Shown here: positions 38,549 through 51,350 of the stretch, piece after piece | Layout: each line of letters starts with the position of its first letter | Numbering within the stretch: position 1 is the first letter of the stretch | Source of the DNA: Acanthaster planci | Taxonomy: Eukaryota | Reading direction: 5' to 3' | Assembly: GCF_001949145.1 (NCBI RefSeq) | Contig: NW_019091355.1 | Coordinates: forward strand, 1,176,083 to 1,240,082 | DNA: 64,000 bases | Position numbers and translations under genes: made by a program | The notes under the pieces: generated by a model | Told to the model about the DNA's origin: nothing | What the model saw: only the letters and a program-made list of their open reading frames with translations | Database searches by the model: none

Positions 38549-39421
38549 GTGGCGTGCAATTTTGGGATGAGTGTGGGGCACTGTGATCCATCACAAATGC
38601 AAATATCAAAATAGACTATCAATTCCGCCGGCTAGTTATGCGGCAGGCTGTTAAGGACATCGTGACCTGTGATAATTTGTAATCATTTCTGAAGTTAAAC
38701 GCATGGCGGCACACGAACGGGTAAAAGATTTTGCTCGAGAAGGGCATAATCGATATTTTTTTTTATTGACGCTCATGCATGCGGAGCGCACAGTTAAAGG
38801 TAGAGTCACCGCTTCAAGCGTAACATTTGAAGAGATATCTCTATTACGCAATAGAGATATCTCTCTTAAGTTACCGCCTCCGATACGTTTGTGTTTTAAA
38901 AATCTATTATCTTGAGGGGTTGTGAATCGTGTCTCGGTACTCGTAATCCCATGGTTGTTTACATTAGGAAACTTTGCACAACCCTTTGGCTCAGTGGAAC
39001 TTTGTGCGTTAAGATACAAAGACCTTTCCGTTGACCCAGTGTGCGGAACGGAAACATAATAGAGATGTCTGTATTAAAACAGGACGTACTAAAGAGATAT
39101 CTCTATAATTTATAGAGATATCTCTACGCCATATAAGCTTGACTCCCACTCAGAATCCTGCAGTCTCCTGAAGACGGACCGAGTATACTGTTTGAAACGT
39201 TGAGCTCTTCCCCGCTTCTTCTCAGAACCACACATACTCAAGAAAGAGATTGATACATGGTGCAGCTGCAATCATTTCACCCTTCTAGTTTCTTTCACCA
39301 TGAAATCCTTCCAGAGATATCTCTATTAGGAATAGAGAAATATCCCTAATAGAGATATCTCTATTAGGAATAGACACATATCCCTATTATTGGCGGATTA
39401 AATGTTAAATTTGCACGCCAT
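38549..39421. mobile_element. Composite non-autonomous element with repeated AGAGATATCTCT palindromes
   Basis: Imperfect inverted ends gtggcgtgcaatttt / aaatttgcacgccat (13 of 15). Perfect palindrome copies start at 38831, 38853, 39093, 39114, 39313 and 39351, plus degenerate copies. Confidence 0.55.
39165..39204 (+). ncRNA. Degenerate minimal type I hammerhead-like motif, probably a Penelope-like element pLTR remnant (~39140-39312)
   Basis: CTC-CTGAAGA-c-GGACCG-agtata-CTGTTT-GAAAC-GTT-GAG: both core boxes, palindromic AACGTT stem III, CTC/GAG stem I and a wobble-rich stem II. Confidence 0.55.
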
Positions 39422-40124
39422 ACATTCGGCTTTAACAGTGAAAGGCATATGGCGGGTAAGGAAAAAACTTTGATGTTCACAGCTGTGTGAGGACGGCCGT
39501 AGACCTCATAATTTGAACGGTTGGAGACAAACCCTCACATTTTGTTCGCATCTTTTCAAAGAGGTAGAGGAGAAAGCCACCCTCTCAGAGAGAGCCTTTA
39601 CCGCATATTGTCTTCGGGCGGTTCCGAGCCTATCACTGCGACTTCCGCGCCGAAAGAGCAGGGGTCCAACACGTACTGTCACGGTGAAGACCACAATATT
39701 GCCTGTCCCTAGGCGCATCTACCTACTGACGCAGTCGGCATCTTCAAGGAGGCCCCCGAGATCCGGACCCCCAGCCGATCATCATGCCTCCCAGTTAAAT
39801 ATCCCTGTTTAATTGTGAATATTCGGCTTTTTTATGTTTGAAATGAGAATAGAACTTCAGTTGCAGTATCTGGCATTCAGACTTTGGGAAGGAAGATGAA
39901 TATCAAGTGCACGCACGTCCGATCGAAGTGAGAAAAGCAAACATCATTGACAGCGAGCCCAGTAGAACCGGTCTCCTGATGAGCCACCTCCGTGGTTCAC
40001 AAAATAAATCGTGTCAGCGATTTCGCAGAAACAAATTAAAATTTCATCGAGAATTAACTACAAGGTGTGTGTGTGGGGGGATGACACCTTATCAACTCCT
40101 GCAAACACTCCCTTGTTCTCGACT

Positions 40125-40869
40125 TTAAAGACCAACTCCGATGATGCTAACTTTTCTAATAAGAGTTGCACATATATGAACATCTTCCTTGCAATACACG
40201 TTTTTGTGAATAAAACACAGTTTTTGTACCCATTTTCCCCGGAGCCATTCCGGTATTGTAAAAATGGACGTGTCGTCACGACTCATTACCATCTAATGAA
40301 TATTGATTTTTTTTTTTACCACGGAGAGGAAATACCACAATGCGTGCGCTTTAGGCAGACATAGCACGCGTAGGCGCAGACGACAGCGCTCTCATTCTTC
40401 GGAAACTCGAAGAATTTCAATCCCAGTTCTTTCGCAGAATGTATACATCTACCAATGACACGTGATTTCTGCACTATTGTAAATCATGAAGAAAGAAGCA
40501 CAGACTCAGAAAAGAAATAAGGCGGCACGGTAGACCCGCAGCACGCAGATCGATCCCCGGTATGCAGTACACGCACATATAGCTCCATGTTCATGTACAT
40601 GTACGTTTGTAGCGGAACCAGTCGTGTCATGGATACCAGTTTCATTGTTTTCACCGGTGTTACATCTTAAAAATTTCGTTTCTCAATAGCGCCGTCAGTG
40701 GTCAAATTGTGGAAATTTTTCATGAATTCGAAGACACTGTTCAAAAGTTTGGGCAAAATCACAAAACATGCAAACGCAGTGCAGACATGATTTGGTAATG
40801 AATATATGATTTATTACACACTTAACACAATCATGTTTTTTTATTGTTAAAACCGTTGGGGTTCTTTAA
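40125..40869. mobile_element. Possible TTAA-flanked MITE
   Basis: Starts TTAAagaccaactcc and ends ttgggggttctTTAA; short imperfect terminal inverted repeats and no coding capacity. Confidence 0.35.
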
Positions 40870-43800
40870 AAACAGAAAATGCCGCTAAGGTGTTTGATAC
40901 CTAACGACAACTGAGAAACCATTCATTACGCACCCCCAAACTCTTGGCGTATACTTAGAGACAATTAATCAAACAGCACATATCTCACTGTTTGAGTATC
41001 ACCTTTAACAGTCTGTTGTACCAGCAGGTAGCTCCAAATTACCCCCTATGATTAATTATCACCGACATTATGAAGCACTTGATAATTCAATTTACATCCC
41101 GACAAATGGCCGGGCTGGTTATTCGTTCTTCTATCGATAGTTGATGTACCACCGTTTCCCCTATGCCATGCTTGTCTTGTTGTCCTTTACAACATCTGCA
41201 CTGTAGTTGTAAGTGTATTTGCTTCCAAGGGTTGCAAATCAAATTCTTGTGTGACCTATCTGCATAGGTGAAAGGAGAGGACCCTATATTTTGATGACTT
41301 CCTTCCCTTTTCTGTTGTCTTAAAACTGTGAGTGCCCTGTTGCATGCTGATGCACTATGATTACTCATATGCTCGACTAGTCATCTCATACAGGCGTCAG
41401 ACTTTCACTGCGTCAGGCTAAAATGCCTACCCTCGCCAATCGAGGCGGGCATACTGGACCCCGTGTCGTACGCAGGAGTGTCAAAGAAAACCCTCACTGT
41501 TGCCACTCAGGGAGACAAAATGAGGCTTTCCAAACTCGCAAAGTGCAAAGCTGGGTGCACGCCGTGCATGCTCGGAGCAAGGGATTTTATATTTCGAAGA
41601 GCGCTTGATAAGATTGACATTTGTATGTTGAAATACCTCAGATATCAGGGTTTAATATTATCTGACGCCGAGAACCGCAGAAACTCATAACACAGTCGGA
41701 TACACACGACCCAAGAATTAAATGATATTGAAAAGGAACCAGAAACAACATAAACAGACATACTATGTCGTTGAAGGTTGTGTCTAACGAACCAGTTCAA
41801 TATTCTGAAGCATGTCCGACGTCATTCGGGCCCAGCAATAGGCATGCGCGAGGTCTACCCAATCAGCATGGTCATATGCTGACTTGTGAGCTGAGCGTGT
41901 TGTTTTTTCTCAAAACGACCTTGGCGTTTTGAAACACCGAAGTGACTGACACCTGCACTCATTTCTGTTCATGTTTCATTCCAACGCTCATATATACGAA
42001 GTTAGGAACTCAATGTCCCCAACATTTGAAAACAGTTGAAACATTATTTGCTTGACGTCACACATTCATGCTCGAATTCTGCTCACTCACCGAGTTTTGG
42101 ACCGACGGCCTTTAAAATTTCAAATCAGCGCAACTGCACGCGGCCGGACAGGCGAAAACAAACATGCCTTGGGCAATGAATGGGGCACGTGTCTGCAGCG
42201 CATGTCCGCCTCTATATTCCTGAACACGGCCCTGTGTCGTTAATGGATCTCTTTGGTGGAGTTAGACGGTCCTTTTTAAAGTGTCTGCAAATATAAAGTC
42301 CCTGTGGTTCAATGACAAGTCTAACATGAGGTAGATGTTTGATAGATAAAATTATCTTTAAGAATAAAGCGTCATGTCTTGTCTTCTTGGCTCTAAAAGG
42401 TAGTTTTATTTGCGTGTTAGTGCTGATGGTAACGTCAAGACTTACTTTATTTTTTTACTCCGGAACTTCTCCCTAAGTTCACTTGGACATGACTCAAGAG
42501 CAGTCATCCACCCTGCTCTCTTTTGATGACCCAATTACCAAGACAACAACACAGGGCATTATGTAAATTCATGACATTTGAGCTCGATTGGTTTCATTTT
42601 GCGACAACTCTGCGTCAAGCAATTTATCAGAAATTAAGCTTTTATTGTATCATCGACAAACCTGTAAGTTCTTCTTTTAAAACACACTCCGTCGGTCGTC
42701 ATTAGTAATAAATTTCTGGCCAGTTTTTTTACGAGACAGGAATGTATACAGAGCGTAACGTCTACAGCAGTAAGAAAAAGTGAGACAGGCGCTTTACAAA
42801 AGCTCTGTCTGGCATGCTTCAGGCAACAGCGTGAATTGCTCCATCTTCAATTGACTCCGCGTTTATTTCCCGTGTGACTCGAGCGACTGTCTCGTTCTTG
42901 CAAGCACACCCCACAATTCACGTTTTGAACGTCCACGACCGCGTTGTGAAGAAGCTGTTCTATACATCTGTAAATATCACAACAGTTTGCCCAAGTCATC
43001 AGTCTTTTCACGAAGGGACAAATTTTTGATATCACTATTTCTCAAGAAAATGGCATTTGAAGTTGGTCTCCCTTTCAAACGCTTATTTCTCCAGTATTTT
43101 ATAATAATTTTTGGCCAAAGTATCTCTTCGTGAAGATGGTGACGAAATACCGGCCTAAGCAAATTCGTAAAATCTAACTTCTTCATCTGTAATCATTCTT
43201 CAGTGTGGATCTTATTGTTGTGCATTGGCAATGATTACTCATATCTTGACAGATATCCCTCTCGAAGCAAGCTTTTCTCGTGACACAAACTGATGGGGAG
43301 AAAAATGTGAAAACTAAACAGTTAAATTCAGCTAAAGTGGAAGTGAAAAAAAATCAGGAGTACCCGTTGGAAGTCAACTGTTTTCAGAGACTTAAACACC
43401 CCTCATATTCAGGTTGCCCGTTGAAGCAATGCCGACTGAAATGAAACCCAAGTCAACGGATTTATTTTGCTCTCTTTTGAGCTATTCCATCAATCAGTCG
43501 GTGCAATTACCCCGGCTCAAATCACTCTTATCTCGGAGACCCCCTTTCTCACTTTCCAGGTCGTGTTCAGTGCGGTTCCTCGCTCCCCCTCTCTTAAAGG
43601 ACCCATGCGGGTGATTTTTAACGGAATCCCTAAATTGCACTTTTTTTATCCCATCTCGTTTCATATTTCCCTCTGACGTTTTAAAACAGTCTTTTTAGTG
43701 TAGGTATTTTCATATTCATGAGCATAGCACTACTGGCGCCATTTGAGTTAGGAGCGTCAGCAGGATAGCTGTTTGGACAAAGTAAATTAAGGGAAATGTT

Positions 43801-46800
43801 TCCCCAGCTCAATGACTATCATTCAAGTTTATGTAAATTTTAAAAAAACGCAAAAACTACATTGCAATGAGCTACATTTCAGATTGATTATGTTTAATGA
43901 TGTAAAACTTGCTTAACTCGAGATCCAGGAGAGCCTCCACTAAGATTACCACACAGCATGCAATATTCTCATGTCCACTTTAATGCCAAGGAGAGTATAA
44001 GTTTTGGAAGAGCACATAGCATTAAACGTTTGATTGGAAACATGCTGGGGACGACTCTGGCTCAATCAATTTGGATGTGGCAGTGAGTGGGGTAAATATG
44101 CTACGGAAGCTCCAACAGAACCTTCATCTAAGGGTAATAGCTATAATTTTTCAGTGCAGTCTGAGTTTAAAAAAACATTGCCGTACTTTCGTTTTGACCG
44201 TAAAGTTTGACGACTGGAAGGGTGACAAAATCTGAATTATGCTTTGAAAAGGCGAGTTTGTATGACATTGCTGGGTTTCATGGGTAGCGTTCATCGGGTT
44301 GGACTGGCTAGGGATCAAAATTCACTGTATGGCGTTGCGCAGAATAAAGATACAGTGGCACACAGGTGTCTCTGATGGTATTTCTGCCTTTCAACCAAAT
44401 GATGAAGCTAACGTGTCTTGATTATGATCGTGCTTAAAAGCATTCTCAATCATTCGACAAACTCTGAACATACTGACAGTCACTAAATCTTCATTGTAGG
44501 AAACGTGTTGGACATAGCATTTAAAATGGATGCATTGCCACACTATTCACCCACGTGAAAAAGAACGGGAAATTCTGCAGTCTGTGACTTCAACGCCTCT
44601 TGATACATCCCAACGTGACTGCAGTGCGTCTAGGCTTGAAATGTGTCGTCGACATGACTGATTTAACCGAATTAATTCCTTAATACTTATTTCATCATCC
44701 TTTTTCTCAGACTTGACATGAAGCATGACGTGGGGACCCGTCAAGTCATGTTAATTTGTGTGACTTTCTGCTGAAACAAGTGTCCATCCTATGAGAAAGA
44801 TTATCGTTGGCTAAAAATCCAAAATGCTCACATATTTATGTGCCTTTCAACGTCTTCACATTGTTCGCAATAATCAACGCCAATAAAGGATTGCTCATTA
44901 CTTCGGAACAGTTAACATTCCAAACTGTGGTTACCTTTTTAGGTTCTACAAATAATAACTTTTCTTGACATTAATCTAAACACGACCAATGGCTGAGTTT
45001 TCTTGGAATATGTTTACAAGTGACAGCAATAAGACGCGCTCGCTTTGGGGTCAAGCATGATCGTGTGGGATATTGGAGTCATCTAGACTAACCCACATTT
45101 AAAACTACCTCGAGTTGGTTATTTTTCAAAGGACTAGATCTTCATATATGTTTGTTGAATGTGCCATAAAAATATATATATCATGAGAACGGAGTTTGTT
45201 TTCCCGTGAGGTACAAGTACTGTCCACAATATATCCAATAGGCATTTTACAAATTGCACTATATGTAAACGGCACTTTTCTTGAAGTACCAAAAATATAC
45301 CACACAAACACCAGGAGATCTTAAGACCACAAGTAAGAACAACATTCACTCTCGTTAGTCATGGCTATGTTACTAAATTCAATCCAAAGTTATACAAACA
45401 ATTATGGCAGAGAGCGCCACAAAGACGAATCAGCCGGCATTCCTGATCGGTAATAATGCCAGAGGTTCCGTCTACTAGGTTTTTTTTTGGGGGGGACGGG
45501 GCACACTTAATAGACTATCCGTGTCACAGATCACTCAGACTCCAATATCAGGCTGTCATATCATAACAATATTGCTAACATGGTCCCTAACCATTAATTT
45601 TCTCCCGGGTAAAAGCAAACCATTGCATTTGAACGCACGGTTTATTACATGAAATCTGAGACTATGAAAAGACAAACTTTAAGGAAACAATGCACCAGAG
45701 TGCCGTATGGTAACTTTTTGTATAAAAGAAAATGCCATTTGAACGTATTAAAAAAGTGACTGGCTGGATTAGCCCACATAACCCTTGTTATTCGCATGAA
45801 CCTTTTACAAGGTTTCCCCAAATATCATAGCACCTGAGAAAGGTGCATTGACCAAAGACGCTTGAAAATGTTTACACCTTAATTGGGGCTATATAGTGTT
45901 CCTTTCAGAACAGCTGATTATGATCAAAGGTTTCATTTTTTACAACTCAAATCATTCTTCATTCGGCATTGACGAGAGTGATATGTGAAATTCAACCATG
46001 AAATCATATTCGTTTTAATAATACCTTCATTAAGCTAGATTCAGATGTTGCCAAATAATTTATAACCGGGTTGAATAATTATCATAGGCCTACTTATCAA
46101 TCGCTACACTTTTTAAAAACCCAACTGACTGCTTCTTGAGTTTTAGTACTAAACACCCGCCAGATTCATACTTTGTCTGCTAATGCTAGTTTTCATCCAG
46201 AAAGTGACATTTCTTGTACCGATAAACTCACATGATATTTTCATGAAAAGATAGGTAGTGTAAATGATCTGATTTAGCATAGATCGGGTCTTTACTTAAG
46301 GCGTGCAAATGATTCAACGGTAGTAAAGTATTGCCATTGTACCCGACGTATTGCCTACTTGTTACTAAATCTGTCATAATCTTGATTAGAAGTCAAACCA
46401 CAAATCAGAACACAAGTAACAGGAAAGGAAAAATGACAAGGGAATACACTTCACAATTTATTGAAGTAGCTCGCTATTTGACCTAAATCTCGATAAAGTG
46501 TGATTAACTTGTGATTATTTCTAATTGATATTGTTTCAACTTTGATTTATTTCCAAAAGCATCTGATCAGAGAGTCTAATCAGTGATAACACGTCTTACG
46601 CTAAAAAAAAAGCCTATACCAGTTTAAATTTTTTGTGGTTGGACATAGATAAAGCGACAAGCATGCACTTTAATGGATAGACGAAGGAGGCGCCATTGTA
46701 GTACGTGAAAGTTGGAGGATTTCATTGTGTAGGCCTAGGTTGCGCACGTTACTGGTTGTTTAGAATCGCGGCTTGATGCCTGCGAATGTGTGGCAGGAGT

Positions 46801-49800
46801 CTTTGTTTAGCGGCCCTTTTAATTTACATTGCACGTAAACAATGTGTATGTATTTTTTGCTCTTAAAAGTTCTGATCCTTGGCCGAGATTAATGCAATGC
46901 GATTTGAGCTAAGTGTTTGGGCGATAAGAAACATACCCCGTTGGAGACCGCGTGGAGTTTCGGATTCCAGTATCGTTTCAGTGCTTGCAACGTCATGCTT
47001 GTGACGCAAAACCATTTTTACCACTTGAGTGTTTCAACGTAGCAGCACACACAACGCCAAATGTTGCCGCAATGGCAAGTGAATTTTCGACCGAAGAGGT
47101 TTCAAACTAGGGTGTGTAAATCCAAGAGAAGTTCCGTTAATTCAGCTTGTCATTCACAATCGATCTCTCAAGTCCACGAACGCAATAAACGTCTTTGCTT
47201 TAGCAAAACATGTCAATTTACATTTTCGCTCCTCGGCTATTGTGTACATATTTCTCACTGTCTTTTAATTAAAATTCATCAGAATATTCCGGCATTGCTG
47301 AGACAAAATTATCGTCATTTTAATGTTTTCTGCAAGAGTTTATTGCATTGTCTTAAAGTATTGTAGTGATACTTAATAGAACGTATGCGTGTGTGTGGTA
47401 TCAACGCGTATTTTGTCATTGTCAGCATCTTCAAATGTGGTGAACCACACAAGATGTCTGTCTGAGGCAAGTTACGAACATTTTCAATAAGCAATTAGAA
47501 ATGCAAACAATATGCATTTAGCATATTTAGTCACACAGACATTGTACAGACTACTGTCCGCAGCAACACCGCAGTTGAATTAGGATACGTATAATGTGCG
47601 TCTCCTAGTGCGCATTTTCTGGTATCACACTATGTTAAGACTTTTGGCGAAAAAAGCCACACCAAGTTGGAGGAAGTAAGAAGAGCAAATTATCATGCAG
47701 AAGGAGCATTCAAAATGGGTCAAGAAGAAAAGGCAGGGGAGCAATCAATCGTTTTCAATTATAGCATCTCCGGAGTAAAGACCTTAAGTCGGCCAAGTCC
47801 GTGGTCGCGCTGCACTGGCGCCAATTGACACTCTAGCCGAACGTGTGGTTCGAAGGTTGGTACAGACGATCTGTGGGAGTGCGGGCAAACAGAGTGTTTC
47901 GAGACGAACCTTTCATTGGCTCCCTAAGAGTACACGTCCGGCCTATCTTGAGAGCATATACCTCTGATGTAAACTTGCTCAGTTTTTCGACAGAAAATCG
48001 ATTTTTTTCTGGTCATCGTTTAGTGCCAACACTGAAGGTACAACTGTAACATGTATTTTGTAGCCTTCGCTAAATTTACTATATCACAAGTTTGGAACAG
48101 TTTTAAGACAAATAATGAAATATTTGTCATTTTAGAAAGTAAATTTCTTTACGGATAAAATATGTATGAAAAAGCAAGAAACTGTTAAAGGTAATAATAT
48201 TTTCTATTTCCAGGATGTTAAGCATGTTGATACTATCAACAAATTACTCCATACAACAAAACTCACGTACACGGGAAGACGAATCAGATGGTTGTTTCAT
48301 ACTTTCTGTCAGTTTGATGTCTAGATTTTTACCTTGAGGACGGCAGCAACAAACAGCCACCAAATCACAAGGCTCTTCGGCAATCAACTAACAGGATGAA
48401 ACCGTCTGCATACTCCATGCAATTTTTCTCGTCACCATAGTGATGGTGAATTAAATGGATTCATTGTGGGGGGGGGCGAACGGTGTCCAACTTACAAAAT
48501 GTGTCATTTAGAACTCCGGCTATAGCGCTCGCTATCCAATAAAAACAGGCATGATGTGGCCAGCAATAATCCACAGCAGAGAAGATTTTAGTGGCGCGCC
48601 TCGGGCTTTTTTCTTACTAGATATATCGGCAAGAAATTGTCCCACTGAATAAAAGTTTGGCAACTCGGGATTGTAGGTTTAGGTGGACTCAGATTGGCTC
48701 CAAGTCCTTCCGTTGTCTTTGATTTATAAACATCTTTAAGTCTTATATCTTTTGTAGATGACAATAATCTGGGTGTTCACCTGTTTCGATAAAACAAGAA
48801 AATCATTTTCTTCATAGGCTGCTAGTGGCCCCTCGTATGAATGAAGGAGCGAAAAAGTGTTTTGTGCAGGGAACATTGACGTAAGTGTGACGTATTTCAG
48901 AGCATGATTTATATGGCAAAGTGGTAATTGCCTCGGTTCGGCCACGCACATTCCCCGGTGTATCCTCAGCGGAGGATAAACACGACGGCTGACGTGGAGA
49001 CTAGGCCTGGAGCTGGGCAACACGTCAAAGTGCACTGACTAGTTTACCAAGCGGGCTGGGTCAGTCAGAATGATTGAAAGTTCGTGCTCAGCCAATAGCA
49101 AAATGCAGGCAATTAATTTTCGTTGTTACTCAGCTATTGACCTTGTTTAATCTAATTTCCGTAACTCGTAGCAATGTTGGCACCACCATCGAACAGCCCA
49201 GATATCGCCCCAGATATAACCCCAACCCTGGCCAGCTTACTTAAACATTGTCAAGAGAAGTTGACATATGATCCTGTGCTTAAACTGTATCGAGATGTTC
49301 CGATATGTTGAACCTAAGGCGCCCAACTTCTAGGAGGGCCGTATGGTATGATATTTGACACGTTGTCCTGGTACTTTGAAGTGGTATCGAAAATGTTTTC
49401 ACACTTGGGGCCATGTTGTTGTACGGTGATGGACGACGCTGAAACAGCTATCTCAGAATAAACCTGGTAGGGCCTACATGAGAAACAAAAACGTTACATC
49501 TGAAATGTGACCCCAGCTTTCATAAATGTAGCTTTGAAGACTAGGGTGGACTTTAAAAGAAAACACGAAGATTTATTACCAAGCAACTCGAGAGGTAACA
49601 CGATGCTGATCGCAGTTATTCATGTTTTACCCATTAGATTTTGTCTATCCATGAAGCTTTCTTATAACATCCGAAGGAAAGTCTCTTTGAATGTGTGACC
49701 AAATACCCTCATAATAATTCATCTGATATTTTTCATACCGTAGCCTCAGGCAACGACAGTCATACCTGTTCTATTCAGGCCAATGTCGTAGCACCGACAC

Positions 49801-51154
49801 TGCCCGAGAGCGAATCGAATATTTGTTCCAGCATCCCCGTCTTCGGCTGGGGTTTTATTCGGACGGTCACTCAAATGAACGACACATTCGTCGTCCTTGA
49901 AAACACGTTCAGGTTCTTTGAGAAGCAATACTGATAAATCGCACTTGATGAGACTTTCCACTTCAGTCTTTAGCTTTTAGGCATATATCTATATAAAAAA
50001 TTGTAAGCAGTGCACAGTGCGGATTTCGGGGCAGTACGTCAAAGTGTATTAACACATCTCAAAGTAACAAACAGTTTCGAATGCCGGGGGTTTTAGCCAA
50101 AGCTCCAAAATATCGATTACTAAGGATTGCTAAGGATATGTACTAGACTGATTATCTTATTCACTTGTTAAAATGGGGAAACATACAGCCTTTTGAATCA
50201 GGAGACCGTGCCATGACGATTTTCCATTCTAAAGTCTAAGTGGCCGAGCTCATGCAAGTCGACCTCATACGCCCTCGAGTCCAGACAAAATAACTTGGTC
50301 ACCGTGAACTTTGTCCTTTTGAAATGAAACTGCTGTTATTAAATCTACGCGATAAACCTGGTCACCATGCATCAGCCGTCGACAGAGCTACAATCCATCG
50401 TCACTCGCGGGTGCAGTGTTTTTGGACTTAATTTGATACCCAGTTTGGGGTAGTGTTTCACAAAGGGGACAAAGGAAACGGATTTAACGTTTTGGCGCCG
50501 TGACCGATGCACTGTGGGTAAAGGGTTTTTCTATTGCGTATGATTCTAAATCATACAATGCTTTACCAAACTGAAAATATAACCTGCTGCTTGTGCTCTG
50601 TTTCCTAATTACCCTAGTTTCGGAATTTACGATGAAAAGAGACATTCAAAATTTAGATGGTAGGTAAACCAAGATTGAGGAAAGCAATAAACTCCTTTTC
50701 TCTTATCACTTTACTTCTTGTTTATACGTTCAGTTTGTCATAATGTCAAGTCACAATTTAATGGATGTTTTAAAATTTGATTTAGATAATTTCTGTTACA
50801 ATTTAATGCGCCTTACTATAATATGGATTATCTGGCGTGGTCAAGATGTCATTGAATAGTCGTATGATCGTGAAGGGTGCATGTTTTGCTTTTCGTACAT
50901 GATGATTTCATTTGGTGGGCAAGTTTTATTGCTGTTGTTTTACAACAGAATGTGCAAATAAAGGATCGTTTCTATATGAGGTCAGAACAAACCAACCAAT
51001 ATAGGTCCTACAATTTAATATTTCAAAATAGTCTGGTTGTTCAAATCTTAGGCTGTGTCCAAAATACATGGCTGCGACTAGATATATCACATGCTTCTCT
51101 TGGAAATGTGTAAAGCTGCTGGCTGGTGGCTTCCGCAGTCGCGTTCTGAATCCA

Positions 51155-51350
51155 TCCGTAGCCAATCAAATTTAGATACGGCCTTACAAGGCTGATAACT
51201 CATAGTTAGGGCCAGGTGGCAGCCTCCTCTCACGCCTCAGCGCAACTGCAGTCGCTGCACTTCCGGTCTAATGAGTGACCCATCCAGCTATTGGTCAATA
51301 ACTGCGTGTCCAGAAGTGACCAAGCGCACTGGACTCACTAAATCAATCAG
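51155..51350. promoter_or_regulatory. Candidate promoter/enhancer between the divergent channel genes
   Basis: Locally GC-richer stretch with agCCAATca (~51160), an ETS-like cacttccggt (~51258) and a reverse CCAAT ctATTGGtc (~51288). Motif matches only. Confidence 0.3.

Noticed and set aside
48333..48418. Hydrophobic stretch before an AAG|gtaaaa donor as candidate nAChR exon 1
   Set aside because: All ATG-initiated frames stop before the donor, and the hydrophobic frame is phase 0.
50877..51113. HDDFIW motif reminiscent of Ty1/copia reverse transcriptase
   Set aside because: The similarity is a few residues only and flanking RT motifs are not recognisable; it would need a tBLASTn or HMM hit.
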